Shown here: piece after piece, positions 30,683-40,267 of the stretch
How positions within the stretch are numbered: the stretch's first letter is position 1
Layout of the letters: each line of letters begins with the position of its first letter
The notes under the pieces: model-generated
Database searches by the model: none
What the model saw: only the letters and a program-made list of their open reading frames with translations
Told to the model about the DNA's origin: nothing
Assembly (NCBI GenBank): GCA_965219455.1
Contig: OZ244744.1
Coordinates: forward strand, 512,001 to 576,000
Reading direction: 5' to 3'
Source: Candidatus Latescibacterota bacterium
GTDB lineage: Bacteria; Latescibacterota; UBA2968; GCA-2709665
DNA: 64,000 nucleotides
Position numbers and translations under genes: made by a program

Positions 30683-32659
30683 GTGGACGACATGACGCTG
30701 CGCGCACTCATCGTTGGTCTGGCCATGGCCGTGTGGGTCAACCTCTGGCCCACCTACTCCAGCCTCATCGCGCATTCTTCCCGGGCCGACTACGCGCACC
30801 TTTCGGTTGCCCTGCTCATTCCCTTCATTTGCCTGCTCGGACTCAATCTGCCGCTGTATCGGCGCGGTCGTGGCCTTTCGGCGTCGGAATTGCTGGCCAT
30901 CTGCTGTATCGGAATGGTTTCTGCAACCATGCAGGGAGAATGGCTCTCGGGATATCTTCTGGGTGTGGTTACAGCACCCACCTACTTCGCAACCCCCGAG
31001 AATCAATGGGCAGACCACCTGCTCGCCAGGGTCCCCTCCTGGGCGATTGTCGCGGATCCGGCGGCCACCACCGGCTTCTACGAGAGCCTGTTCAAAGGCC
31101 AGAAATTTCCGTGGGCAGCCTGGACGCCGCCATTTTTATGGTGGGCCGGATTTCTCGGATCCGTGCTCACCGTCAGCTTCTGTCTCGTCGTCATCCTGCG
31201 GAAACAGTGGGTGGACAACGAACGCCTGACGTTCCCGATCGCCGCCGCCGTGCTTGAACTCACGGGCGTTTCCGGCACGGAAGGCAGCCTGGCGACCCTG
31301 GTCCGGTCGCGCCTGTTTCGATTCGGATTCTGGCTGATCGTCGCCATCTTCTGCTGGAACATCGCGACCTGGTTTGTAAGGGGCATACCCGTCCTGGATG
31401 TACCCATGACCGTGCTCAGCCGCAAGGTTATCCGCATCGGCCAGGGCTTCCCCTACTTTGCCTTTTCCGTTCATCCGATGACAATCGCCTTCGCGTACTT
31501 CACCGAATCCAGCGTGCTGTTCAGTATCTGGCTCTTCCACCTGCTGGCCATCCTGCAGGTCGGCGTCTTCAACCGCACCGGCTTCAGCATCGGCAGTTCG
31601 GATATGTGGTGCTCCTTCGATCCCGCCATCGGCTGGCAGAGTTTCGGCGGTCTCGCTGTTTTTACCGGCTGGGGCCTCTGGGTTGCCCGGAGCCATCTGG
31701 CCGCCGTATTCAGGAAAGCCTTCGCGAGTACGGCGCGTGTCAGACGCGATGGCGCAGGCGACCTCATCGACGACTCAAACGAACTCATCTCCTACCGTAC
31801 GGCCGTGTACCTGCTCCTGGCCGGTTGCGCGTACCTCGTCGTGTGGCTCTTCCGCGCCGGAATGGACGCCGGCCCTCTGCTCGCCTTCTGGTTCGCCACC
31901 CTCGTTCTCTACCTGGGTCTGGCGCGTATCATCGTCGAGAGCGGCCTCGTGTATCTGCGCGGCCCTATCACGGCCCAGGCATTCACGTGGCACCTCTTCG
32001 GCATTTCCGGGATGGGCGCGCACAGCGCGGTTGCCCTGGGCCTGACGTACACCTTTTTCTGCGACGCCAAGACCTGGGGGATCACCGCCCTCGCCCACAT
32101 CCCCCGGCTGGGAATGGCCATGCGGCCCGAACGACGTCGCCTGCTGGCGCCCGGCGTTCTCCTGGGAGCCCTCGGCGGCGCCCTTTCCGTGATCGCCTTC
32201 ATTCTGTACCAGGGTTATTACGGTGTGGGCAGCTACAACTTCGGCGTGGTCAGCTTCAACGGCTCCGGCGACGGCGCCGTGGGAATCTGGCGATATACCG
32301 CCGCCCGCATCCAGCAGGGAACCGCCGGCACAAGCTGGGACCGCGTCGGATTCTTCGGCATCGGCGCCGCCTTCACCGGCCTCCTCGTTTTCCTGCGATA
32401 CCGCTTCCCGGGATTCCCCATCCATCCCATCGGCTTCACCATTTCCGCGTCCAACGTGCTTAGAAGCAGCGTCACCTCCATTTTCATCGCGTGGCTCACC
32501 AAGGCACTTATACTGAGATTCGGCGGCCTCAACAGCTACAGGCGAATGACACCCCTTTTCCTGGGTATGTTCATGGGATATCTCGTCGGCGTGGGTCTGG
32601 GGGTCGTCGCTGACGTCATCTGGTTCAACGGAGACGGGCACAAACTGAACGACTGGTAA
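30683..32659 (+). CDS. polytopic membrane protein (DUF6785/DUF6784-like, putative transporter)
   Basis: Many TM segments, LRKQWVDNERLTFP, FPIHPIGF, KALILRFGG. Confidence 0.6.
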   Translation: MDDMTLRALIVGLAMAVWVNLWPTYSSLIAHSSRADYAHLSVALLIPFICLLGLNLPLYRRGRGLSASELLAICCIGMVSATMQGEWLSGYLLGVVTAPTYFATPENQWADHLLARVPSWAIVADPAATTGFYESLFKGQKFPWAAWTPPFLWWAGFLGSVLTVSFCLVVILRKQWVDNERLTFPIAAAVLELTGVSGTEGSLATLVRSRLFRFGFWLIVAIFCWNIATWFVRGIPVLDVPMTVLSRKVIRIGQGFPYFAFSVHPMTIAFAYFTESSVLFSIWLFHLLAILQVGVFNRTGFSIGSSDMWCSFDPAIGWQSFGGLAVFTGWGLWVARSHLAAVFRKAFASTARVRRDGAGDLIDDSNELISYRTAVYLLLAGCAYLVVWLFRAGMDAGPLLAFWFATLVLYLGLARIIVESGLVYLRGPITAQAFTWHLFGISGMGAHSAVALGLTYTFFCDAKTWGITALAHIPRLGMAMRPERRRLLAPGVLLGALGGALSVIAFILYQGYYGVGSYNFGVVSFNGSGDGAVGIWRYTAARIQQGTAGTSWDRVGFFGIGAAFTGLLVFLRYRFPGFPIHPIGFTISASNVLRSSVTSIFIAWLTKALILRFGGLNSYRRMTPLFLGMFMGYLVGVGLGVVADVIWFNGDGHKLNDW

Positions 32660-32774
32660 CCACTGCCACAATTCCGATGCGTCGGAAGAAAAACGTGCTT
32701 ATCTTCTGTCGGCAACCTCAATCAGCCCGGCGAAGCGATATAGCCGGCATTCTGGAGACCGGAAGGTGAATCCT

Positions 32775-34335
32775 ATGTCTTTCGACGTCCTCATCCGCAA
32801 CGGCCTCGTGGTTGACGGGACCGGTGATCGGGAACCCTTCTTTGCGGATATCGCCATCCGGGGCGACCGGAATCGCCGCCGTGGGTCGTCTGGGGGATAC
32901 CCGCGCGGAACGGGAGATCGATGCCCTTGGCCACGTGGTCTGCCCCGGGTTCGTCGACGTCCACGTGCATTGCGAACCCGCCTTGCTGACCGGAAGCGAC
33001 CGGTTTGCGGGCGTCGTACAGGGCATCACCACCCAGCTTCTTGCGCCGGACGGATTCGGATGGGCCCCGCTGCCTCCCGATCTGCGCAGCCAGATGTGGG
33101 AGTACACCCGGTTCGCCGCCGGCGCGGCGGACATCGAACTCACCTGGGAGACCATCGAGGACTACCTGAAGCTCTATCCCGGGAACAGCCCCTGCAACGT
33201 CTACCCGCAGGTGCCCCACTGCGCCGTGCGCCTCAACGTCTGCGGCTGGTCGGCGGGTCCGGCCACCGATTCGCAGATTGACGCCATGGCCGACCTCGTG
33301 CGGCAATGGATGGAAGCGGGCGCCGGCTGCCTCTGCCTGGGCCTGGACTACCAGCCCAGCGCCAATTCAGACCTGCACGAACTCGTCGAACTGTGCAAAG
33401 TGGCGGCGTCCTGCGGGGGCATCTACGCGGCGCACATCCGCAACCACATTCTCGGCCGGTCGGAGGCCTGGAAGGAAACCTTTGAGATCTTCCGGCGATC
33501 CGGCATTCCCGTTCACCTCTCACACGAACGGGCAGACGGGGAAGGCGCCGAGCTTCTCGAGATTGCCGAAAGGGAGGACGTCGACCTCAGCTTCGAGTCC
33601 TACCTCTACCCTGCCGGTATGTCGCACATGACCATCATGCTACCCGTCGAAGACCAGGTCGGCGCCCCTTCCGACGTGCTGGAACACCTGACGGATCCCG
33701 CGGTGAAGCAGCGAATCCTGCCCCATCTCCGGGGCTGGCTGGGCGCCTGCAATCAGGTGGTCGGCCACACCCGCTCGGGGCGCTACGTCGGCGCCACCCT
33801 CTCGGACCTGGCCGCCCGCGCAGGTGTCGCTCCGGAGGACTTCGCCTACGATCTCATCCTCGAGGAAGAGGGCCTGTCCACCTACGTCTTCCCGTGGCAG
33901 GACGCACCCGAAATTAACGAAACCACCATAAAAAACACCGTCACGCACCCACGAATGATGCTCGCGAGCGACGGCATCTACAACGTGCGCCATCCACACC
34001 CCCGGGGCTTCGGCTGTTTCGCACGCGTACCCGGCGTATTCGTCCGCGAAAAGAAATGGGTCTCTCTCGCGGCAGCCATCCATAAAATGAGCGGTTTCCC
34101 CGCCCGGCGGTTCGGCCTGTCCGACCGGGGCGAAATCGCCGCCGGTAAAGCCGCCGACATCGTGATCTTCGATCCACAGACCATAAACGCGACTGCCACG
34201 TTCGAGAACCCCAGAGGGGGCCCCGTGGGTATCCAATGTGTACTGGTCAACGGGAAGCCGGCGGTGGAGGGCGGCGCCCCAACCGGCGCGCTGCCGGGCC
34301 GTGTACTGCGTCGCAACGCATCGTCGTCGGGCTGA
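32775..34335 (+). pseudogene. N-acyl-D-amino-acid deacylase with one frameshift near 32871
   Basis: MSFDVLIRNGLVVDGTG...IRGDR in one frame continues as IAAVG...PGFVDVHVH...SDG...HPRGFG in the next; removing one A of CGG-A-ATC restores the frame. Confidence 0.8.
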
Positions 34336-34455
34336 TACGAGCCCAGTGTCCCGTCCCTGAAATGGATTGCCGGCAAAGCCCTCGGTCCGCCGGTCGTTAT
34401 CGCTATGTGCGTCGCAGGCTTTGTGGAACCTTCCGATTCGAAAGGACGCCCCGCC

Positions 34456-37400
34456 ATGCTCATATTTGCTGCTGTCTTCGTCCTGATTCTTCTCGCACTC
34501 CGGCCGAACCCCGCAAAGGCCGGCCCGGTCTTTCCACCGGCCCTGGACGATTCCGACGCGGACCGGCTGCGTCGAAATCTCCGACCGGTTCTTTCACTAT
34601 CGGAAAGTGAAATTCTGCGCCTCATTCCTGACCGCGCGGGCATCTACTTTGTGGACTGTCCCAACTGCGACGGCGGGGCCCAGGAGGGCCAGATCGATTG
34701 GGCAATCGAAGACCCGGACCGTGTCTTCTGCAAATTCTGCGGCCTCAGGTATCCCAACGAGAAATTCCCGGACACCCGGACCCTGAACGTCGTCAACCCC
34801 GTGGGTGAGACCCAGGAATATCCTTACTGGGAGGACGAATCCGGGTACAGGCATTTCTTTCAGGCCAAGGGCTGGTACCGGGCGCGGGCCTATTTCGCCA
34901 GCGCCGCGCACGACCTTGCCGCGCTCTATTCCGCGACCGGAGACCGATCTTTCGCCCGTCGGGCGGCCCTCATTCTGAACCGCTTCGCCGAAGTCTATCC
35001 GGGGTACTGCGTCCACCACGACCTGCCCTTCCGCCAGAAAATCATCTTCCCGGGCGACCAGGGGTTTCCCTATCCGGTTCAGGACTACCGCGCCTCCAAG
35101 TGGGACTGGTGGGCATACATGGACATTCCGGAGACACTGATCTACGCTTACGACCTCATCCGGGACAGCGGGGAACTGGACGAGACGATGATTCGGGGAA
35201 TCGAAGACGAATTCTTCCACGCGAGTGTGGCCTTCATACGGGGTTTTCCGCCGGCGCTCGGCAACATGGATCCCACGCTGCTGCGCGGCCTTGTCGCGGC
35301 AGGAAGGGTCCTGAATGAACCGGATTATATCCACGACGCGGTGGACCGTGTTGCCAGACTTGTCGCCGCTAACTTTTTCGTGGACGGCACATGGCGAGAG
35401 GCCGCGGTGTCCTATCACAATCAGACCATCGGCGGGCTGCAGCAGGTGATGGCGAGACTGAACGGTTACAGCGACCCGGACGGATACGTGCATCCCGTTG
35501 ACGGCGAACGTTATGACAATCTGGATCTGAACGCCCGTTTTCCCATATTGGAAAAGGCCAGCGGCATCCCGGAGCTTCTCCGCTATCCCAACGGACGTGT
35601 CGTTCCTACCCACGACACCTGGGCGAGGGGACAACGCGCCGCCCCGGAAACGTCGGGCCCCATGCTCCTTCCGGGCATGGGCCACGCCCGCCTGAATATG
35701 GGAAGGGGCGACGACCAGACCCAGACGTACCTCCATTTCTCCGGCGGATACGGCCACCAGCATGCCGATTTATTAAGCCTGACCCTCTACGCGCGCGGCC
35801 AGGAGCGCCTCAGCGACATCGGCTACACCCACACGCGCCACCGGTGCTGGACGATCAGCACGCTTTCGCACAACACGGTTGCCGTGGACGGCAAAGACCA
35901 GGCATTCGGCTCTGAAGATACACCCTCTGACGGCAACCTCCTGCTGTTCGTCCCGCACGGCGACACGTTTCAGGCCATCGAAGCCTCAGGCGACCGCGCC
36001 TATCCGGGCAGCACCTCGACCTACCGGCGGTTAATTATCCAGATCGGCCTCTCGTCCGAACAGACCTACGTGGTGGATCTGTTCAGGGTTGCGGGCGGCC
36101 ACCGCCACGAATACATCCTGGCGGGCGACGCGGACCACGAGGGCACCGTGGAAATCGACCTTCCCGCCGAGCCCCATGGGAAAACGCTGCTCCCGCCGGG
36201 CGTGACCGCCACCCTGCCGACAGGGGAAAGCGTCAAGGGTGACGCCGGGGGCCACAACCTGGGATATGCGTTCATCCGCGACGTGCAGCGCGCCGAAGTC
36301 ACCCGGCCGTGGAGCGCGACATTCACCAGCATGGCCGAGCCCGCGGGTTCGGTCCGCGTACACAGCCTGACCCACCCCGACGGAGACCTTTTCACCGCCC
36401 GGGCGCCCTCCATCCGCAATGCGGATGAGGACGACATCCGCCTCGACGGAATCACCATGCCGATGCTCGTCCATCGCCGCGAGGGAGAGAACCTCTCCAC
36501 CCTCTTCAGCACCGTCCTGGAACCCCAGGGTGACGGTCCCGCCATCGGCAGCGTGGAACGTCTGGACGTGGAAGGCGGTACGGACACGGATATCGCGCTC
36601 AGGATCGTCTCGGGCGACGTCACCGACCACGTCCTTTCCTCGATAGACGAAAACCGGACGCTCAAGACGGGAGACCTCAGCTTCCGCGGCCGCGTCGGCT
36701 TTGTCAGGGAGCGAAACGGCGAGGTCGAACAGATGATCCTGATCGGGGGCACGCTGCTCGAAAAAGGAAACCGAAAACTCGGCGGCCGGGGCACGCGCGC
36801 CGGCACCGTCCTCAAAACCAGGCGCAAGGCCGCGGGAGACGACGTCGACGGACTCCTCATCGATACCGATCTTCCAACCGGCGTGGACCTCGTGGGCCTT
36901 ACGGCCATTGTTTCGGACGGTGACGGATTCACGTACGGCCACAAAATCACAGGCATACAACACCCGGAAGACGGCGGCGCCTTGCTGGTACTTGAGGATG
37001 ACCCCGGGTATGAAATCACCGCTGAAGGCGGACGACTCCTGTTCTTTCCCGGACGCTCATGGACCGGCCCGGCGACCGTCGAAATCCCCACCGTGACCAG
37101 CCTGCGCATCAACACGTCCGACGTCAACGCCACCAGGACCGGCGACTGGATCAACCTGGTTTACAACGCGCCGTTCACGCCGCGCGACACGTCGGAAGAC
37201 GTGGTGTTTCAGGACAGACTCTGGATCAGCAACGCCTACTACCACTCTGGTATCCTCACCAGGGACCTCTGGAATTCATCCGACGGCATCAGTTGGCATC
37301 TCGTGAGCGAAGCCACACCGTATGACGGCTATAGCGAAATGGTGGCCTACAAGGACCGGATCTGGGCCGTAAAGGGAAGCGTCTGGAGCTCCCGAAACGG

Positions 37401-38001
37401 CGATGAATGGACCCGAGTACTGGATGAAACCCCCTTCGGCTCACGGGGATACGGCGAACTGGTGGTCCACCGCGACCGGATGTGGCAGCTTGGCAGCGGC
37501 AGCGACGTCTGGCACACCGGCGACGGCATCGCATGGACGCGGGCGACTGCCAACGCTCCGTACGGAGACCGGTCCGCGACCGCCGTGGCCGTGTACGACG
37601 ACAGGCTCTGGGTGATGGGGGGCCGCATGGTCCAACGCAACGACCCGCCCGAAAAGGGCTACTCCGACTTCACAACCCTCAATGACGTCTGGTGCTCGGA
37701 GGACGGCGTCAACTGGACCCGCGTACTCGAACGCGCCCCCTGGTCGCCGCGGATGTGGTTTATTTCGAAAGTCTACGCGGGTAGACTCTGGATCATCGGC
37801 GGGTACGACAACGCAAACTACGTCAACCTGGGGGACGTCTGGTACACCGAAAACGGACGGGAGTGGCACGAATTCAGACCCGATACCCGGTTTTCGCCTC
37901 GCCACGAATCCTCATGCTACGTGTTCCGGAACAGCCTCTGGGTTGTCGCGGGCAATACGTGGCCGCTGGTGAACGACGTCTGGCGGCTGACGTTGCCCTG
38001 A
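34456..38001 (+). CDS. secreted heparinase II/III-like protein with a C-terminal kelch-like propeller
   Basis: Signal peptide, CPNC..CKFC, DGTWREAAVSYH, GHQHADLL, DIGY, HNTVAVDG; repeated DVWxSxDGxxW units. Confidence 0.7.
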   Translation: MLIFAAVFVLILLALRPNPAKAGPVFPPALDDSDADRLRRNLRPVLSLSESEILRLIPDRAGIYFVDCPNCDGGAQEGQIDWAIEDPDRVFCKFCGLRYPNEKFPDTRTLNVVNPVGETQEYPYWEDESGYRHFFQAKGWYRARAYFASAAHDLAALYSATGDRSFARRAALILNRFAEVYPGYCVHHDLPFRQKIIFPGDQGFPYPVQDYRASKWDWWAYMDIPETLIYAYDLIRDSGELDETMIRGIEDEFFHASVAFIRGFPPALGNMDPTLLRGLVAAGRVLNEPDYIHDAVDRVARLVAANFFVDGTWREAAVSYHNQTIGGLQQVMARLNGYSDPDGYVHPVDGERYDNLDLNARFPILEKASGIPELLRYPNGRVVPTHDTWARGQRAAPETSGPMLLPGMGHARLNMGRGDDQTQTYLHFSGGYGHQHADLLSLTLYARGQERLSDIGYTHTRHRCWTISTLSHNTVAVDGKDQAFGSEDTPSDGNLLLFVPHGDTFQAIEASGDRAYPGSTSTYRRLIIQIGLSSEQTYVVDLFRVAGGHRHEYILAGDADHEGTVEIDLPAEPHGKTLLPPGVTATLPTGESVKGDAGGHNLGYAFIRDVQRAEVTRPWSATFTSMAEPAGSVRVHSLTHPDGDLFTARAPSIRNADEDDIRLDGITMPMLVHRREGENLSTLFSTVLEPQGDGPAIGSVERLDVEGGTDTDIALRIVSGDVTDHVLSSIDENRTLKTGDLSFRGRVGFVRERNGEVEQMILIGGTLLEKGNRKLGGRGTRAGTVLKTRRKAAGDDVDGLLIDTDLPTGVDLVGLTAIVSDGDGFTYGHKITGIQHPEDGGALLVLEDDPGYEITAEGGRLLFFPGRSWTGPATVEIPTVTSLRINTSDVNATRTGDWINLVYNAPFTPRDTSEDVVFQDRLWISNAYYHSGILTRDLWNSSDGISWHLVSEATPYDGYSEMVAYKDRIWAVKGSVWSSRNGDEWTRVLDETPFGSRGYGELVVHRDRMWQLGSGSDVWHTGDGIAWTRATANAPYGDRSATAVAVYDDRLWVMGGRMVQRNDPPEKGYSDFTTLNDVWCSEDGVNWTRVLERAPWSPRMWFISKVYAGRLWIIGGYDNANYVNLGDVWYTENGREWHEFRPDTRFSPRHESSCYVFRNSLWVVAGNTWPLVNDVWRLTLP

Positions 38002-38081
38002 GCCGCGGTCGTTCGCCGCCGAGCCAACGCCCTGCCCGTCTTCGGACGAACAGAACTGAACGGACACACGCCGCCTCCATC

Positions 38082-38516
38082 ATGTCTCGCGTCAAACTCC
38101 GACTTCCCGGGACCTTTGCGTATGCCACCGATATCCGGCTTCGTGTCTCCGACATCAATTACGGCGGTCACATGGACAACAACGCCGTCCTGTCTCTCGT
38201 CCACGAGGCGCGGGTGCGTTTCCTGGAAAGCCACGGTTTCACTGAAATGGACGTGGACGGGGTCGGCATCATTATGGTCGACGCCGTCATACAGTACAAA
38301 TCCGAAGCCTTTTACGGCCAGACCCTGACCTTTCAGGTCGCGGTCGACGGCCTCAGCCGCATCGGATGTGACATCTTCTACCGCATAACGGACAAGAATA
38401 CGGACCGGGAAGTCGCGCGGGCCAAAACCGGAATCGCCTTTCTGGACGACGCCACCCGGAAGCCGGAGCGGATGCCCGAGAGATTCCGATCCCTGTTTGC
38501 GCCTGACGAATCTTGA
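38082..38516 (+). CDS. acyl-CoA thioesterase (4HBT family)
   Basis: RVSDINYGGHMDN, HEAR, YKSEAFYG, AKTGI. Confidence 0.85.
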   Translation: MSRVKLRLPGTFAYATDIRLRVSDINYGGHMDNNAVLSLVHEARVRFLESHGFTEMDVDGVGIIMVDAVIQYKSEAFYGQTLTFQVAVDGLSRIGCDIFYRITDKNTDREVARAKTGIAFLDDATRKPERMPERFRSLFAPDES

Positions 38517-38541
38517 CAACCCTATAGCGATTTTATATATT
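38513..38541 (+). promoter_or_regulatory. sigma-70 promoter of the tRNA
   Basis: TTGACA-17 nt-TATATT. Confidence 0.65.
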
Positions 38542-38588
38542 TTATCTCCGGTCTGCCTGGCACGACCCCGCAGGCCTCCGGATCAGAC

Positions 38589-38676
38589 GCCGAAGTGGTG
38601 GAATTGGTAGACGCGCTGCGTTCAGGGCGCAGTGAGCCTTGTGCTCGTGGGGGTTCGAGTCCCCCCTTCGGCACCA
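38589..38676 (+). tRNA. tRNA-Leu(CAG)
   Basis: Acceptor GCCGAAG/CTTCGGC-ACCA, D loop GGAATTGGTAGA, anticodon arm CTGCG-TTCAGGG-CGCAG, long variable arm, GTTCGAGT. Confidence 0.97.
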
Positions 38677-38682
38677 AAAAAC

Positions 38683-38716
38683 AACGGGTTACGTCATTTT
38701 GGCGTAACCCGTTTTT
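38683..38716 (+). terminator. intrinsic terminator after the tRNA
   Basis: ACGGGTTACGTCA/TGGCGTAACCCGT hairpin followed by TTTT. Confidence 0.8.
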
Positions 38717-38867
38717 GTGCTTTGGAGACCATTTGTCCCGATGCCCCGCGGTATCTGGACTGCGAGCGCAATCCGCCGCCCGTACCGTCTTCAACGTGGG
38801 CAATTGTCGCCAGAGTTCTCCTCCGGTGTTACCTTCCGCCGTCCTGCGGTGTCTTTTTAGTTAAACC

Positions 38868-40226
38868 ATGGATAGACCGTCCACAGGCGCCCAGTTGGCC
38901 GATGCCGCACGTTCCGGCAATCTCGCCGCGTTCGAGACCCTCGTGGCGCGCCACGGGAACCGCCTCTTCCGCCAGGCGCTGGGATACCTGCACGCCGCCG
39001 AGGACGCACGGGACGCGCTCCAGGATGCATTCCTGACGTCATTCATCCGGCTCGATGCGCTGGAGGATCCTTCCCGTTTCCTGTCATGGGTCAGCCGGAT
39101 ACTTCGCAACATCTGCCTGAACAGGCTGAGGCAGAATCGCCGGCGTCTGGCCTCGATAGAGCCGGGTGGCGGGGCGACGGATCGGGATCAAGACGGTGAC
39201 GCACCGATCATCCGCAACGCGGCATTGCAGGCACTGCTTTCGCGACTGCCACGGAACAGCGTTCAGGCGTTCACGCTGCACTATCTGGACGGGTATTCCA
39301 TCCAGGACATAGCCTCTCTGGTCGGATCGACTCAGGGGGCCGTAAAGCAGCGCCTCTACAGGGCGCGCAAGCAACTTCAGGAGGAGGTCATCCGCATGGC
39401 ACGAGACGAAAGCAGCAGGAACGACCTGCCCGACGGGTTCGTCGAGCAGACCATTGCCCGTCTCCTTGAACAGGGAAGGACGGATCGATTGTACATGAGG
39501 ACGGACGCGGCGCGGGCACGATTCAGCGAAGCTCTTGAAGTATGTCCCGACCATCCCGACGCGATTATGGAACTGGGAACGACCGGCGACCCGATCAGGG
39601 TGCTGTCCGAGGAGGAGACGGCTACCCTGAAACGAGCCGCAAAGGCGCTGCCCAATTCAATAGAGGTCGCGTTGGCGCTCGCCACCGCGCGGCGGGCCGA
39701 CCCGGAAGAACAGGCCGGCGCGGTTGACGACTGCATGGCGTTGTGCGATACCCGGCTCGCGCAGGTCCCCGACGACATCGTCGCGCTTACCGCGAAAGCA
39801 CAGATGTTCCTGTGGAAGCGGGATTTCAAGGCCATGGAAGTGGTTTCCCGGCGCGCGGTCGATCTGGCTCCGAGAGACCAGAAGTGTCTGAACTACCTCG
39901 CATTGTCGCTTGCCCGGCAGAACCGATGGGACCAGGCCTATCCTGTCTATGAGACGATGTACGGACTGGACAAAAAGACCATCTGGGCGTACGTCGCACT
40001 CAGACAGATGGGTTCATATCTGGCATTTCACCTGGGAGATTGGGAACGGGCCGTGGGCATGCAGGAAAAGGTGTGGGATCTCACGGGCAGACCGAACGAA
40101 GCCGGCAACCTTATCTACTTCTACGGCCGCGCCGGGATGGCGCGGAAAGCCAAGGTGCTGTTCAGCAAAGTCCGGGACCACCGTCATCCCGCAAGGGTCT
40201 ACGATATCGTGGGGGACGCAAGTTGA
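38868..40226 (+). CDS. ECF sigma factor with a C-terminal TPR extension
   Basis: DARDALQDAF, FLSWVSRILRN, GYSIQDIA, AVKQRLYRAR, then about 270 aa of TPR-like helices. Confidence 0.85.
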   Translation: MDRPSTGAQLADAARSGNLAAFETLVARHGNRLFRQALGYLHAAEDARDALQDAFLTSFIRLDALEDPSRFLSWVSRILRNICLNRLRQNRRRLASIEPGGGATDRDQDGDAPIIRNAALQALLSRLPRNSVQAFTLHYLDGYSIQDIASLVGSTQGAVKQRLYRARKQLQEEVIRMARDESSRNDLPDGFVEQTIARLLEQGRTDRLYMRTDAARARFSEALEVCPDHPDAIMELGTTGDPIRVLSEEETATLKRAAKALPNSIEVALALATARRADPEEQAGAVDDCMALCDTRLAQVPDDIVALTAKAQMFLWKRDFKAMEVVSRRAVDLAPRDQKCLNYLALSLARQNRWDQAYPVYETMYGLDKKTIWAYVALRQMGSYLAFHLGDWERAVGMQEKVWDLTGRPNEAGNLIYFYGRAGMARKAKVLFSKVRDHRHPARVYDIVGDAS

Positions 40227-40267
40227 GTTATCTGCCGCAACCGGACAACCGGAGCATCCGCAATCGA

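Noticed and set aside
38589-40226. Genomic island integrated at tRNA-Leu
   Set aside because: No integrase and no duplicated tRNA 3' end seen in the window
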